NCBI GenBank assembly: GCA_003331605.1
Contig: QOPD01000003.1
Location: forward strand, 11,716 to 75,715
Length of the DNA: 64,000 bases
Reading direction: 5' to 3'
Source: SAR86 cluster bacterium
GTDB taxonomy: Bacteria > Pseudomonadota > Gammaproteobacteria > Magnimaribacterales > TMED112
Below the pieces are notes generated by a model, which was not told the DNA's origin, did no database searches, and saw only the letters and a program-made list of their open reading frames with translations. The translations under genes were made by a program, and so were the position numbers. Shown in pieces: positions 9,192 through 19,309 of the stretch (the stretch's first letter is position 1; each line of letters begins with the position of its first letter).

Positions 9192-9757
9192 TGAGCATTA
9201 AATCTGATATTTGGATCAAGGAGCAATCATTAAAGAACGATCTCATCCACCCATTTCAGGAAAACCAAGTCAGAGAGGTTGATGGAAAAAAAATTATTTC
9301 ATACGGTGTTTCTAGCTATGGCTACGATGTGAGATGCGCAGATGAATTTAAAATTTTTACCAATACTTTTTCATCAGTTGTTGATCCAAAAAAATTTGAT
9401 CCTAAAAGTTTTGTCGATATCAAATCAAATGAATGTATTATTCCGCCAAACTCTTTTGCTTTAGCTAGAACAATAGAATATTTTAAAATCCCACGTTCAG
9501 TTCTAACTCTTTGTCTTGGAAAATCAACATATGCAAGATGTGGAATCATAGTTAATGTGACTCCACTTGAGCCCGAATGGGAGGGGCACGTCACATTAGA
9601 ATTTTCAAATACAACCAACTTGCCAGCCAAAATATATGCAAACGAAGGTGTTGCCCAGATGATATTTTTTGAATCAGATCAGGTTTGTGAAACAAGCTAC
9701 AAGGATCGAGGTGGCAAATATCAAGGGCAGACAGGCGTTACCCTTCCAAAAACTTAG
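9191..9757 (+). CDS. dcd: dCTP deaminase
   Basis: [27 protein letters not shown]. Confidence 0.96.
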   Translation: MSIKSDIWIKEQSLKNDLIHPFQENQVREVDGKKIISYGVSSYGYDVRCADEFKIFTNTFSSVVDPKKFDPKSFVDIKSNECIIPPNSFALARTIEYFKIPRSVLTLCLGKSTYARCGIIVNVTPLEPEWEGHVTLEFSNTTNLPAKIYANEGVAQMIFFESDQVCETSYKDRGGKYQGQTGVTLPKT

Positions 9758-10412
9758 GCTTCTTATTAATCTTTAATGTATTAATTTTTCCATTTTTTAG
9801 TTCTACTAGGCTTTTAATAACGAAATAATCAAGCTCAGGAGCTAGATAGTAAATAATTTTGCTAGCTGTATCGGCTGTTGCAGAGACTTTTACACAATTA
9901 AATTCGCCAAAGCTTGTTTTAATCCTTTCCCTGCCTTCAACTGCATAAGTTCTTGTGATGACATTCCCTTTATCATTATCAATGACATCAAAACTAAACC
10001 TGGCTATGTTATTTTTAATATTGAGCCTCATCTGTAGGTCGCTACCAAGTTGATCAAGAATCTTATTTTGCTTAGTTATATTGAAACCCAATTCCTCAGA
10101 AACAACTTCTGTGTCTGAGAAGTCCACTGCAAAAAAACTTGGATTTACACCTGGTATATTATTTTTTACTTCTGTTCTTATAGAGGTAACTTCTGAATCT
10201 GATATATTTAATTTTGATTTTTGTGAGTATTCAAATATCAACAAGGGTCGTAACTTAAAACTCGATTGTGCTGTGCTACCATCAACTATGAACTTTCTGG
10301 TCATCTTAAAATTACCAAACTCGTGATGAGAGAAGGTAAACTCTGCTTCAAAGCTCTTAAAAGCATTGCCACTAAGTGAGAAGCCAAGTAAAAGTAAAAA
10401 AATTATTTTCAT
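9738..10412 (-). CDS. Exported hypothetical protein, DUF3108-like
   Basis: Signal peptide, ExIxTxFGxFxC pattern, position downstream of purN. Confidence 0.55.
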   Translation of the reverse strand: MKIIFLLLLGFSLSGNAFKSFEAEFTFSHHEFGNFKMTRKFIVDGSTAQSSFKLRPLLIFEYSQKSKLNISDSEVTSIRTEVKNNIPGVNPSFFAVDFSDTEVVSEELGFNITKQNKILDQLGSDLQMRLNIKNNIARFSFDVIDNDKGNVITRTYAVEGRERIKTSFGEFNCVKVSATADTASKIIYYLAPELDYFVIKSLVELKNGKINTLKINKKPKFLEG

Positions 10413-10963
10413 ATTATTAGTGTGCCAATTGTTTCTGGATAAATTTTATTTTCCAGCGACTTTACCCTTTCCATTAGACTTTCAATAGATTCATTGGGTT
10501 CAATTTCAATGCGTTCTTGTCGAATTATTGGGCCTGCATCTAACACCTCCGTAACGTAGTGGATCGTTGTGCCATGATATTTATCTTGATTCTCTAATGC
10601 TCTTTGATGCGTATCAAGACCAGGGTATTTTGGTAATAGAGATGGATGTATGTTGATTATTTGGCCTTCCCAATTTTGCACTAAAAATTTAGATAAAATT
10701 CTCATATACCCTGCCAAAACTATGTAATCAAAATCTTGAGTTTCTAAGTAATCACTTATTTTTTTGTCAAATTCATATCTATCACTAAAATTTTTGCTAT
10801 TGAGAACATAGCACGCAATATTATGGTCTTCAGATATTTTTATACCTGCCGCATCAGGGTTATTACAAAACGATCCCGTTACTTTATAGCCATACGTTTT
10901 TTGTTGATGAATGATTGATTCAAGATTGGATCCTGTACCAGAAAAAAAGACGATTATTTTCAC
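10409..10963 (-). CDS. purN: Phosphoribosylglycinamide formyltransferase
   Basis: SGTGSN, LAGYMRIL, NIHPSLLP. Confidence 0.96.
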   Translation of the reverse strand: MKIIVFFSGTGSNLESIIHQQKTYGYKVTGSFCNNPDAAGIKISEDHNIACYVLNSKNFSDRYEFDKKISDYLETQDFDYIVLAGYMRILSKFLVQNWEGQIINIHPSLLPKYPGLDTHQRALENQDKYHGTTIHYVTEVLDAGPIIRQERIEIEPNESIESLMERVKSLENKIYPETIGTLII

Positions 10964-11952
10964 TTCAATATAAACTTTTTCTCAGAGGGATCTGTAATGG
11001 CCCCAATTTCAATGTAGTCATTTTCTTCAGCTAGTAGAGTATCGGCCTCTTCACTATTAAGAATTAAGCAAAATCCAATGCCACAATTAAATACATTAAA
11101 CATTTCAGTATCTGAGATATTGCCAAGCGATTGTATTTTTTGAAAAATTGGTGGGAATTCCCAGCTCTTGCTTTCAATTTCTAAACTATTGGGAGTTGGA
11201 ACTCTGCTTAGGTTTTCATCCAGACCACCACCAGTAATATGTGCCATGCCTTTAATATTGTATTTGGATAATAAGTCCAAAATTTCTCTGACATAAATTC
11301 TTGTTGGGGTTAACAATTCCGATATTAATTCCTGTGAAGGTTGAGTAGCCTCTAAAACACTATGAATTAAAGAATAACCATTGGAGTGAAATCCGCTGGA
11401 TGGAATTCCGATAATCTTATCACCTGACTCAATTAGTTTGCCATCAACAATTTTTTCTTTTTCATTGATACCCATTGCAAAGCCAACCAAATCAAAACAA
11501 TTGGGAGCATAGTGATTTGGCATTTCTGCAGTTTCACCGCCAACCAAGTCGCATTCCGCGAGCCTACAGCCTTCAATTATTCCTGTAATGATCTCTTTTC
11601 CTTTTGATCGATCAAGCTTTGATACACCATAGTAATCCAAGAAAGCCAAAGGCCTTGCTCCACTAACAATTAGATCATTTACACACATTGCTACAAGATC
11701 TATCCCAATAGATGAAAAGTCTCCCATTTTTACAGCGAGGTTTAACTTTGTTCCCACTCCGTCACATGCAAGAGCATAGACAGGATTTTTAAAAGCAGTT
11801 GGTGGTTGGATATATCCAGAAAATCCTCCAATATCGCCTATTGAGTATCTGTGTTTGGTTCTGGATGTTGAGTTTTGAATATCTTTTACAAAGCTCTGAC
11901 CCTCTTCAATATTTACACCAGAATCTTTATAGTTATGTCCCTTTTTTGTCAT
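10960..11952 (-). CDS. purM: AIR synthetase
   Basis: DGVGTK, GGETAEMP, HITGGG. Confidence 0.97.
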   Translation of the reverse strand: MTKKGHNYKDSGVNIEEGQSFVKDIQNSTSRTKHRYSIGDIGGFSGYIQPPTAFKNPVYALACDGVGTKLNLAVKMGDFSSIGIDLVAMCVNDLIVSGARPLAFLDYYGVSKLDRSKGKEIITGIIEGCRLAECDLVGGETAEMPNHYAPNCFDLVGFAMGINEKEKIVDGKLIESGDKIIGIPSSGFHSNGYSLIHSVLEATQPSQELISELLTPTRIYVREILDLLSKYNIKGMAHITGGGLDENLSRVPTPNSLEIESKSWEFPPIFQKIQSLGNISDTEMFNVFNCGIGFCLILNSEEADTLLAEENDYIEIGAITDPSEKKFILK

Positions 11953-11972
11953 AAAATAGTTAATCTTTCTTT

Positions 11973-12908
11973 ATGGATGATATGAGTTTAACAAGGTTTT
12001 TAAGAATTGCACTTGCAATATCATTGATGAGTTTTAATTGCTTTGGGCAATCATCAAATAATTTCTTATTAATTTATGAGGATTACGAAAACATAAAAAA
12101 CATAGAAAACTTAATTCAAAATGTCGATGAAAAGATTTTTACTAAATATGGTGTAAATTTAGACTCAATAGCTAGCTCTACGGACTTGGATGCCCAACGA
12201 TTTTTCATCGGCTATCAAGTGAGAGTTTTTGATGATGTTAGGCTTATAGAGCTTAAGTTTAATAAGGAAAAAATCGAGGAATATTTTTTAGAAAATTCAA
12301 TTCCATTTTTAGCAAATACATCTGATGTAAAAATCTACATCGCAATTAACGATGCTTTTCTTCCGATGAATAATACTTTTGTATACGAGAGTGGAGAGTT
12401 TCAAAAAGAACTAGAAGTTACCAAACTCTTGGCTGGACTTAATCAAAATGTCAGAGTCAATTTTGAACTAATAGATAATTACCCACGAGATGAAGCAGAA
12501 GAAAAAAAATTAATTGCAGATTTAGAAAATATGAATATTCCTAACTGGAATTTGTTGATGATTGATCGATTTGATCTGAGTAAGTGGTCTTTTAAATTCC
12601 CAAAATCGAATGAAATATTAATTTCTGACTCTATGAGCTTTCAAAATATCCTTTCAAGAAACCTTTTTTATACGCTTGAAAAGAATGTCTCACTAGATAG
12701 AAATAGTTATAGTGTCAAGTTTAGCTTTGACTTATCAAAAGAGGAGCTAACTGAATTATTAGAAACGTTTTTGACTAGTACAGAAATACTGTCTTTTCAT
12801 GTGTCTAGTTTGCAGGGTAACTACATTGAAATTAAATATGATAGCTATCTGGATGAAGAGGAAATTAATAAAGTTTTAAATCTTAAAGGTTTGGTAGCAA
12901 CAAAATGA
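11973..12908 (+). CDS. Exported hypothetical protein (DUF2066-like by position); start may be 11982
   Basis: Long ORF with a signal-like N-terminus between purM and hda. Confidence 0.55.
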   Translation: MDDMSLTRFLRIALAISLMSFNCFGQSSNNFLLIYEDYENIKNIENLIQNVDEKIFTKYGVNLDSIASSTDLDAQRFFIGYQVRVFDDVRLIELKFNKEKIEEYFLENSIPFLANTSDVKIYIAINDAFLPMNNTFVYESGEFQKELEVTKLLAGLNQNVRVNFELIDNYPRDEAEEKKLIADLENMNIPNWNLLMIDRFDLSKWSFKFPKSNEILISDSMSFQNILSRNLFYTLEKNVSLDRNSYSVKFSFDLSKEELTELLETFLTSTEILSFHVSSLQGNYIEIKYDSYLDEEEINKVLNLKGLVATK

Positions 12909-13612
12909 ATGATGTGACGTCAAAAAATCAATTCTTTTTTGACTTTGGAAGAGATTTTGATGCTAAATTTGAAAACTTTTTTTTCACTCAAGAAAATAAG
13001 ATCATTCAGTCAGAAATTTTAAATTTGCTTTCCTCAGAAGATAAGCAAGATATCTTGTTATTTGGAAGCCCTAAATCTGGCAAAACATTTTTACTTAATT
13101 CAATCTTAAATGAGGATGCAGCTGCTACAAGATCCTCGATATATGTCGATTGTGCTAAAATTGGCACCAATCAAAATATATTTGAGAGGATTTCGTCCAA
13201 AACATTAATATGCATTGATAACATTGATCAAAGCGACAGATCTAATCAAGTTGAAATATTTAATTTAATAAACGAGACAAAAGATTCAAACACTAAACTT
13301 ATCGTATCAACAAATACACATTTATCTAAGCTAGAGGTGTTTGCTGATTTAAAATCCAGACTGCAGCAGATTAAATTCTTTACACTCCACCTAATATCAG
13401 ACCAAGATGTTAACCGTGCTTTAGAGTTTATAGGCACAAAATTAAATTTAAATTTCAATGATGATATTTACACATTTTTAGCAACAAGGATTAGAAGAGA
13501 TTTTTCTACGATGAAAGATACTTTGATAGCGCTAGATAAATTTATGTATGCTGAAAAAAAACAACCGTCTAAAAAGACGGTTGCTGATTTTCTGAAACAA
13601 TTTAAAAATTAA
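12905..13612 (+). CDS. hda: DnaA regulatory inactivator Hda
   Basis: QFFFDF clamp-binding-like motif, FENF, Walker A GSPKSGKT, DLKSRL. Confidence 0.82.
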   Translation: MNDVTSKNQFFFDFGRDFDAKFENFFFTQENKIIQSEILNLLSSEDKQDILLFGSPKSGKTFLLNSILNEDAAATRSSIYVDCAKIGTNQNIFERISSKTLICIDNIDQSDRSNQVEIFNLINETKDSNTKLIVSTNTHLSKLEVFADLKSRLQQIKFFTLHLISDQDVNRALEFIGTKLNLNFNDDIYTFLATRIRRDFSTMKDTLIALDKFMYAEKKQPSKKTVADFLKQFKN

Positions 13613-15456
13613 TCTGAATATACACACCCGTAACAATAAATGTGGATATTATCTAGGTAATTTTTCTGAAAGGATTGTTTTGGACTTAAGCCTAAGAAAG
13701 ATTTAACTATTTCTATCGTATTTGAGATAGTAAAAGCAAAGCCACTACCAGATGGGGCAGGGGGCTTAACATAATCAACCTTAAATTCTTCAACCTCTGC
13801 TAGATTGGCAGCATATGCAAGGGCATCTTCTAGATTTCCAATTTCATCCACTAGGCCAATTTCAAGCGCTCTTTCTCCAGAGTAAACCCTACCTTTAGCA
13901 ATCTCTTTCACAACCTCAAGGGGGATATTGCGATCAATTGATGTTTGAGTTGTAAATTTGACGTATATTGAATTTATTCCAGACCTTACTATGTCTTCAA
14001 TTTCTATTGGCCAGTCTTGTCTCATCATATCAAAAGCACCCCATTTGGTTGTAGAGTAACCATCAATGCCAATTCCCATCCAATCGTATATTCTTTCAAC
14101 AGAAAACAGTGTTCCATAGACCCCAATAGAGCCTGTGATGGTATCACTTTCAGCGTAGATCTTATCCGCTAAAGACGAAACCCAGTACCCACCTGAAGCG
14201 GCTAGTGACCCCATTGAAACAACAACAGGAATACCTTTTTCTTGCGCCTTTTCAATTTCCCAACGAATGTAGTCTGAAGCTACAACTGAGCCTCCAGGTG
14301 AATTAACTCTTAAAACAATGGCTTTTGTATCTTCATTTTCATGTGCATCTTTTAGCATCTCTACAATTCCATCAGAGCCTGCTGTTCCTAGCATAACATC
14401 ACCACCCATTATGGCTCCCTCTATTGCAACCACTCTGATGACATTATCAGATTTTGCTGGTTTATCTTTGGGAAGTGTTTCAAGATAATCTCTAAAATAG
14501 ATAGCATTTAGCTCTTCTTCGTCATCTTCAAGAGCTCCAAACTTTTCAATCATTCTTGCATCAAAATCATCATCTTCTTCAATGATATCAACGAGGCCCC
14601 AATCAAGAGCAGCAGTCCACTCATCGACCTCACCATTAACGAGCTGTTCCCACGAATCATCGGCAATCCATTGCAGATCAATATCTCTTTGTTCCTGCAC
14701 AAAGCTTTTAAACTTACCCCAAAGAGGTGTATAAAATTCAAGATTAGCTTTTGCTTCTTCACTCATTGAATCTCTAGTAAATTGTTCTGGACCTGTTTTA
14801 AAATCTCCAGCTGCAAAAATTCGAGGAGTAATTAAAAATTTGTTAAAAAAGTTTTTATAGTATTCTCTTGGGCCGCCAAAACCATCTATCGCAAATGCAG
14901 AATACGTTTGTGAACTTATTTCAGATCCTGCAGAAGCAAGCACGTAACTTGCATCACCCAAGTAGTTGCTTCTAACAACAATTTCTTTCCCCGCATCAAC
15001 TGCTTCTTTTATTTTTTCTGCAATGGCCAAAACGTAAGGTATTTGAATGCCTAGGCCTGAAGGGTCAAATATCATAGCATCAACGTTTTCATCATTTTTA
15101 AAATCTTCAAAGAATTTAATCATATCTCGGTACTGATACACTCTTGTACTTTCACTTGCACCCAGAGACTCCTCCAATGCCTGCTCCCACCATTCAGCTT
15201 CAACTTTACCAGGCTCTTGATCAACAACAATGCCTGAAGGTTTAAAGACCACAACTTTGCCTTCTGAATCTGGTTTATCTGAATCTGTCCATAATGGACT
15301 GATGAGGCTATTAAGAATGCCTACTGCCACTAATAAAAAAATACCTGTAGCGAATGTAAATCTAATCGCTTTCCAGAAAAAATCTCTTCCTACTGTTATG
15401 TAAGACCAAACGGTACCTAGGAAACTGCCTAGTTTTGTAAAAAATTGATTGTTCAT
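13609..15456 (-). CDS. sppA: Signal peptide peptidase SppA (long form, S49)
   Basis: RVNSPGGS, AASGGY, TITGSIGV. Confidence 0.92.
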   Translation of the reverse strand: MNNQFFTKLGSFLGTVWSYITVGRDFFWKAIRFTFATGIFLLVAVGILNSLISPLWTDSDKPDSEGKVVVFKPSGIVVDQEPGKVEAEWWEQALEESLGASESTRVYQYRDMIKFFEDFKNDENVDAMIFDPSGLGIQIPYVLAIAEKIKEAVDAGKEIVVRSNYLGDASYVLASAGSEISSQTYSAFAIDGFGGPREYYKNFFNKFLITPRIFAAGDFKTGPEQFTRDSMSEEAKANLEFYTPLWGKFKSFVQEQRDIDLQWIADDSWEQLVNGEVDEWTAALDWGLVDIIEEDDDFDARMIEKFGALEDDEEELNAIYFRDYLETLPKDKPAKSDNVIRVVAIEGAIMGGDVMLGTAGSDGIVEMLKDAHENEDTKAIVLRVNSPGGSVVASDYIRWEIEKAQEKGIPVVVSMGSLAASGGYWVSSLADKIYAESDTITGSIGVYGTLFSVERIYDWMGIGIDGYSTTKWGAFDMMRQDWPIEIEDIVRSGINSIYVKFTTQTSIDRNIPLEVVKEIAKGRVYSGERALEIGLVDEIGNLEDALAYAANLAEVEEFKVDYVKPPAPSGSGFAFTISNTIEIVKSFLGLSPKQSFQKNYLDNIHIYCYGCVYSD

Positions 15457-15567
15457 AATTCCTCGTTAATTAGTTATTAGTAATACTGCAAATCAAAAAA
15501 AAAGTTTCATTCAGATGCAAAAAATCAATTGTAAAGCCATAAACAATACATATAAAGTAAAAACTCT

Positions 15568-16002
15568 ATGAAAAAATATCTCATATTGGCTTTATTTCTT
15601 TTTTCTTGCGAAAGGCCTGAATTTTTATTTACCGATGGGGAAGGGGCAAAATTTGCAGATTATGAGGATCAAATAATTTTTTTGAATATCTGGGCTGATT
15701 GGTGTCCACCCTGCATCATAGAGTTCCCATATTTAAATGACATCAACGAAGATCCAAATGTAAGCGTAATTGGGTTTCACTTTGATCAATTTGACATCTT
15801 ACCTAACGAGGAAGTGAATAGGCTGATGAATAAATTTAACGTTGAGTTCAAGAATTTATCTACCGATCCAAGAAATTTATGGAGCTTAGATCTTCCAGAC
15901 AGTGTACCAACAACGTACATCATTAAAAATGGAAAAATACTTGACGCCATAACTTACCCACTAACTCCAGAAAAGCTTAAAGAGCTTGTTGCAACTAATT
16001 GA
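15568..16002 (+). CDS. TlpA-family thiol-disulfide oxidoreductase lipoprotein
   Basis: Lipobox LFSC, WADWCPPC, VPTT. Confidence 0.85.
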   Translation: MKKYLILALFLFSCERPEFLFTDGEGAKFADYEDQIIFLNIWADWCPPCIIEFPYLNDINEDPNVSVIGFHFDQFDILPNEEVNRLMNKFNVEFKNLSTDPRNLWSLDLPDSVPTTYIIKNGKILDAITYPLTPEKLKELVATN

Positions 16003-17350
16003 CCTTTGACTTAATTAAGCCCGTTTTAAGTTTGGTAGAAATTTCATCACCTTTCTTAACTGCTTTAGAATCTCTGACAATATTGCCTGTTTCGTCATAA
16101 GTGATTGAATAACCTCTTTCCAATACATTCTCAGGATTTAAATTATTTAATTGGTCTTTAAAAGAAGCAATTAAGCCTTGTTTGGCATTAAGCTTATTTT
16201 TTAACACCCTTGATAGATCTTTTACACCTTTAGCAATATCCATTCTTAATTGTGTAACTCTTTTGCTAGGATTGTTTGAATTTAAAGCAGCTGCATAAAA
16301 ATGAGACTTATCTTTATTTAGCTGCAGCAGTTTTCTCATAGCAAATGACATCTGTTCTGACTTTTGATCGAGTCTTTGATATTGGTCATGTATTTTTTGT
16401 TGTGGCGATCTTAATAGCTTTTGATTTAGCAAAACCTTTTCCTTGTAGTGTGTGAGCCTTAATCTAAATATCTTGATTAAATTCGCTGAAGCTCCTTCAA
16501 AATAATTTAATAATTGAGAGGCACCGTTACTTACAATTTCTGCGGCTGCAGTAGGTGTTGCTGCCCTGATATTTGAAACAAAATCCATTAAAGTGAAATC
16601 TGTCTCATGGCCTACACCACTAACAATTGGGATTTTTATTCCACTGACATATCGACAAAGATCTTCATTATTAAAACTCCATAAATCCTCAATTGAGCCG
16701 CCACCTCTACAAACAATTATGGCGTCGATCTTTTCTTGGCCTTGATATTGTTCAATCATTTCTAAAGATTTTTTTATTGAATTAGCAGAACCTTCGCCTT
16801 GCACGACCGCTGGAAAAATAGTTGATTGAATATGTGGAGCTCTACGTTGCAGTGTTGCAATCACATCTTTTATAGCTGCTCCGTGTGGGGAGGTTATTAT
16901 AGCAACTTTATTAATTAATGCAGGTAATTCATTTTCTGTCTTGGCATTAAAGAGCCCCTCACTATTAAATTTATTTTTTAGTAGCTCAAACTTTCGTAAT
17001 AACTCGCCGTAGCCAGCAAGCTCCATTTTATTAACTATCATTTGATAGCGACCTGTTTTATGCCAAATAGATAACTTGCCTTGCATAATGACTTGGTCAC
17101 CCTCATTTGGTTTAAACCCAAGGTTGATATTTTGCAATCTAAACATCGAACAATTCAAAACAGATTCTGTATCTTTAACGGAGAAGTACCAATGACCAGA
17201 TGAACCATATTCTTTAAAGTTTGATATTTCTCCAACCACCCATAAGGGGGGGAATGCTTCATTAATGAAATCATTAACGGTTTTGTTTAGTTCCGTAACA
17301 CTTAAAATTTCTCTTTCATCAAAATTGGTAGTGCTAGAGTAGTCTTCCAT
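15995..17350 (-). CDS. xseA: Exodeoxyribonuclease VII large subunit
   Basis: GEISN, SGHWYF, RGGGSIEDLW, GHETD. Confidence 0.96.
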   Translation of the reverse strand: MEDYSSTTNFDEREILSVTELNKTVNDFINEAFPPLWVVGEISNFKEYGSSGHWYFSVKDTESVLNCSMFRLQNINLGFKPNEGDQVIMQGKLSIWHKTGRYQMIVNKMELAGYGELLRKFELLKNKFNSEGLFNAKTENELPALINKVAIITSPHGAAIKDVIATLQRRAPHIQSTIFPAVVQGEGSANSIKKSLEMIEQYQGQEKIDAIIVCRGGGSIEDLWSFNNEDLCRYVSGIKIPIVSGVGHETDFTLMDFVSNIRAATPTAAAEIVSNGASQLLNYFEGASANLIKIFRLRLTHYKEKVLLNQKLLRSPQQKIHDQYQRLDQKSEQMSFAMRKLLQLNKDKSHFYAAALNSNNPSKRVTQLRMDIAKGVKDLSRVLKNKLNAKQGLIASFKDQLNNLNPENVLERGYSITYDETGNIVRDSKAVKKGDEISTKLKTGLIKSKVN

Positions 17351-17378
17351 AACAATTTATTATATTCTATTGTCCACT

Positions 17379-17455
17379 GCGAGTTTAGCTCAGTTGGTTA
17401 GAGCACCTGCCTTACAAGCAGGGGGTCGTAGGTTCGAATCCTACAACTCGCACCA
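17379..17455 (+). tRNA. tRNA-Val(TAC)
   Basis: Cloverleaf, acceptor GCGAGTT/AACTCGC, anticodon TAC, encoded CCA. Confidence 0.97.
17441..17451 (+). repeat. Direct repeat copy 1 (tRNA-Val 3' end) CTACAACTCGC
   Basis: Identical to 18784-18794. Confidence 0.75.
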
Positions 17456-17463
17456 ATTATTTT

Positions 17464-17904
17464 ATGACCCAAAAAGAAGTTGAACAATATATTGACTTTC
17501 ACCGTGAAAATGGTGGAACAGGAAAAATATTTCAGTTTACATACAAGAATTACGAACCTGGCACGCTTACTCTAGAGGGTAATTTTACAGAGGCATGTTT
17601 AAATCCAAATGGAACTGTACAAGGCGGCATGATGACTTCTATGCTGGATGACATAACTTCATTATTATTGATCATGGAAGCAAAAGGGAAGTTGTACCCT
17701 GCGTCCACAGACCTGCACACACTCCATCATAGATCTCTAAACCAAGGGAAGATTATCGCAAAGGGGACGATCATGAAAAAAGGTAAAACTATAGCAACAG
17801 TTAAAGGCGAAATTTTTGATCAAGATGACAAGCTCATTACAACTCTTATGCATACAGCATATCTTTTTGAACTAGATCGATCGTTATACGAAAAAGCAGA
17901 ATAA
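17464..17904 (+). CDS. PaaI-family hotdog thioesterase
   Basis: NPNGTVQGG...LDD motif. Confidence 0.85.
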   Translation: MTQKEVEQYIDFHRENGGTGKIFQFTYKNYEPGTLTLEGNFTEACLNPNGTVQGGMMTSMLDDITSLLLIMEAKGKLYPASTDLHTLHHRSLNQGKIIAKGTIMKKGKTIATVKGEIFDQDDKLITTLMHTAYLFELDRSLYEKAE

Positions 17905-17929
17905 AAAAAAGCCCGCTTGAGCGGGCTTT
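17903..17929 (-). terminator. Intrinsic terminator of the rhodopsin gene (possibly bidirectional)
   Basis: AAAGCCCGC-ttga-GCGGGCTTT with an A tract on its left. Confidence 0.85.
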
Positions 17930-17949
17930 AAGTTAGATTTAAAAAAAGC

Positions 17950-18660
17950 CTAGCCTTTTTTAACTCCGGAATCCATCATAGCTGCATACCAGATAACAAG
18001 TCCGAATAAGAATTTGTTAACTAAGTCAGCAAGGTTATAGATTGTGTTTAGAGCATTAGCATCAACACCACCACCTAAATAACCCAGGAAGTAACCGATT
18101 GGGTATATTGACCAACCAATTGTTACGATCCATTTAATTCCGTTGAAAGCAAAGCTTAGTGCTTCGTTTCCAGCTGCGTCTTTAATTTTTGCAGCTTCAC
18201 CTGCAAAGACATAGTAGATAATGTATATCCAAGCAGCCATTGATACAACAAACATTAATGTTGGATCTGCGAAACCTGCTTCACCTAAAAACCCTGTAAT
18301 CAGCATAACTAATGAAGCTGCTAATAAGTTCCAGAAAACTCCAAGACTTACTGCTACTACAGCTGAAAGGATTAAGTAAAACTCTACAATCTGCATAGGA
18401 ACAGTAACCAACCAGTCAATATATCTATAGACTGTAGGTGATTCACCTGTTGCTACCCAAACATCTCTCATGTATAAGTAATGCCAAAAAGCGACAAAAC
18501 ACACAAGAGCTGCAACGGTTAAAGATGTCTGCCAAGAAGCTTTAACTGTGCTTCTTTCCATGAAAAAGAACAAAGCACCTGCAGCCATTATGGCAGTTGC
18601 AATCCAAAACGATACACCGACATAGTCGACAACACCGTTTGAAACTAAAGAATAATCCAT
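17950..18660 (-). CDS. Proteorhodopsin, DTE proton pump, Gln105 (blue-tuned type)
   Basis: WHYLYM (His75), RYIDWLVTVPMQIVEF (D97/T101/Q105/E108), DLVNK retinal-binding Lys. Confidence 0.96.
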   Translation of the reverse strand: MDYSLVSNGVVDYVGVSFWIATAIMAAGALFFFMERSTVKASWQTSLTVAALVCFVAFWHYLYMRDVWVATGESPTVYRYIDWLVTVPMQIVEFYLILSAVVAVSLGVFWNLLAASLVMLITGFLGEAGFADPTLMFVVSMAAWIYIIYYVFAGEAAKIKDAAGNEALSFAFNGIKWIVTIGWSIYPIGYFLGYLGGGVDANALNTIYNLADLVNKFLFGLVIWYAAMMDSGVKKG

Positions 18661-18783
18661 TAGATTTTCCCCCTTATATTAAGTAAATTTACTCTACGGC
18701 AATAATTGTACAGACCAAAATGAGAAATTCAACTTTCTTTACAGTATAAAAAAGTTGTAAATATTGTTATTTTGTACCAGAAT

Positions 18784-18794
18784 CTACAACTCGC
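18784..18794 (+). repeat. Direct repeat copy 2 CTACAACTCGC (att-like scar)
   Basis: Exact copy of the tRNA-Val 3' segment; abuts tRNA-Asp. Confidence 0.7.
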
Positions 18795-18872
18795 GGTCCG
18801 GTAGTTCAGTTTGGTTAGAATGCCTGCCTGTCACGCAGGAGGTCGAGGGTTCGAGTCCCTTCCGGATCGCCA
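18795..18872 (+). tRNA. tRNA-Asp(GTC)
   Basis: Acceptor GGTCCGG/CCGGATC, anticodon GTC, CCA. Confidence 0.97.
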
Positions 18873-18880
18873 TTAAGATT

Positions 18881-19309
18881 ATGATTGCTGAGATAACACT
18901 CCAAACACTTTTAGCTGCAATTGTTGGAGCTATTTGGGCAACGCCCTTGGTCGTAAGTCCAGCTGCCAGAAACAGCCTGGATAAAGAAGCTCTGAAATTC
19001 TTTCTGAAATCTTATTTTTTTAGATTTAATATTTTTCTGATCCTAATGCTGGCTTTATATTTGGGCGTGGTTTATTTCTTTATGTTGCCTGAGTATGAGC
19101 TTATCTGGAGCGACACTAAAAATCTTACCATCCTAATTATTCTTGGACTCAATGTTTTAAATATGTTTATAGGACTTATTATCGATAATACTAAGATTGA
19201 TAGCTCTAGTAATTTTTTTAAATTCATACATGCTTTTAGTGTGGCTATTTTGGCTTCTACCTCATTTGTTGCTCTTTATTTTCTTATCGAAAAGTTTTTG
19301 ACGCTTTGA
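18881..19309 (+). CDS. Hypothetical four-TM membrane protein
   Basis: True start is the ATG at 18881; the track ORF extends back through the tRNA. Confidence 0.7.
   Translation: MIAEITLQTLLAAIVGAIWATPLVVSPAARNSLDKEALKFFLKSYFFRFNIFLILMLALYLGVVYFFMLPEYELIWSDTKNLTILIILGLNVLNMFIGLIIDNTKIDSSSNFFKFIHAFSVAILASTSFVALYFLIEKFLTL

Noticed and set aside
18764-18880. N-terminal extension of the 181-aa ORF
   Set aside because: Translates through tRNA-Asp; the real start is 18881
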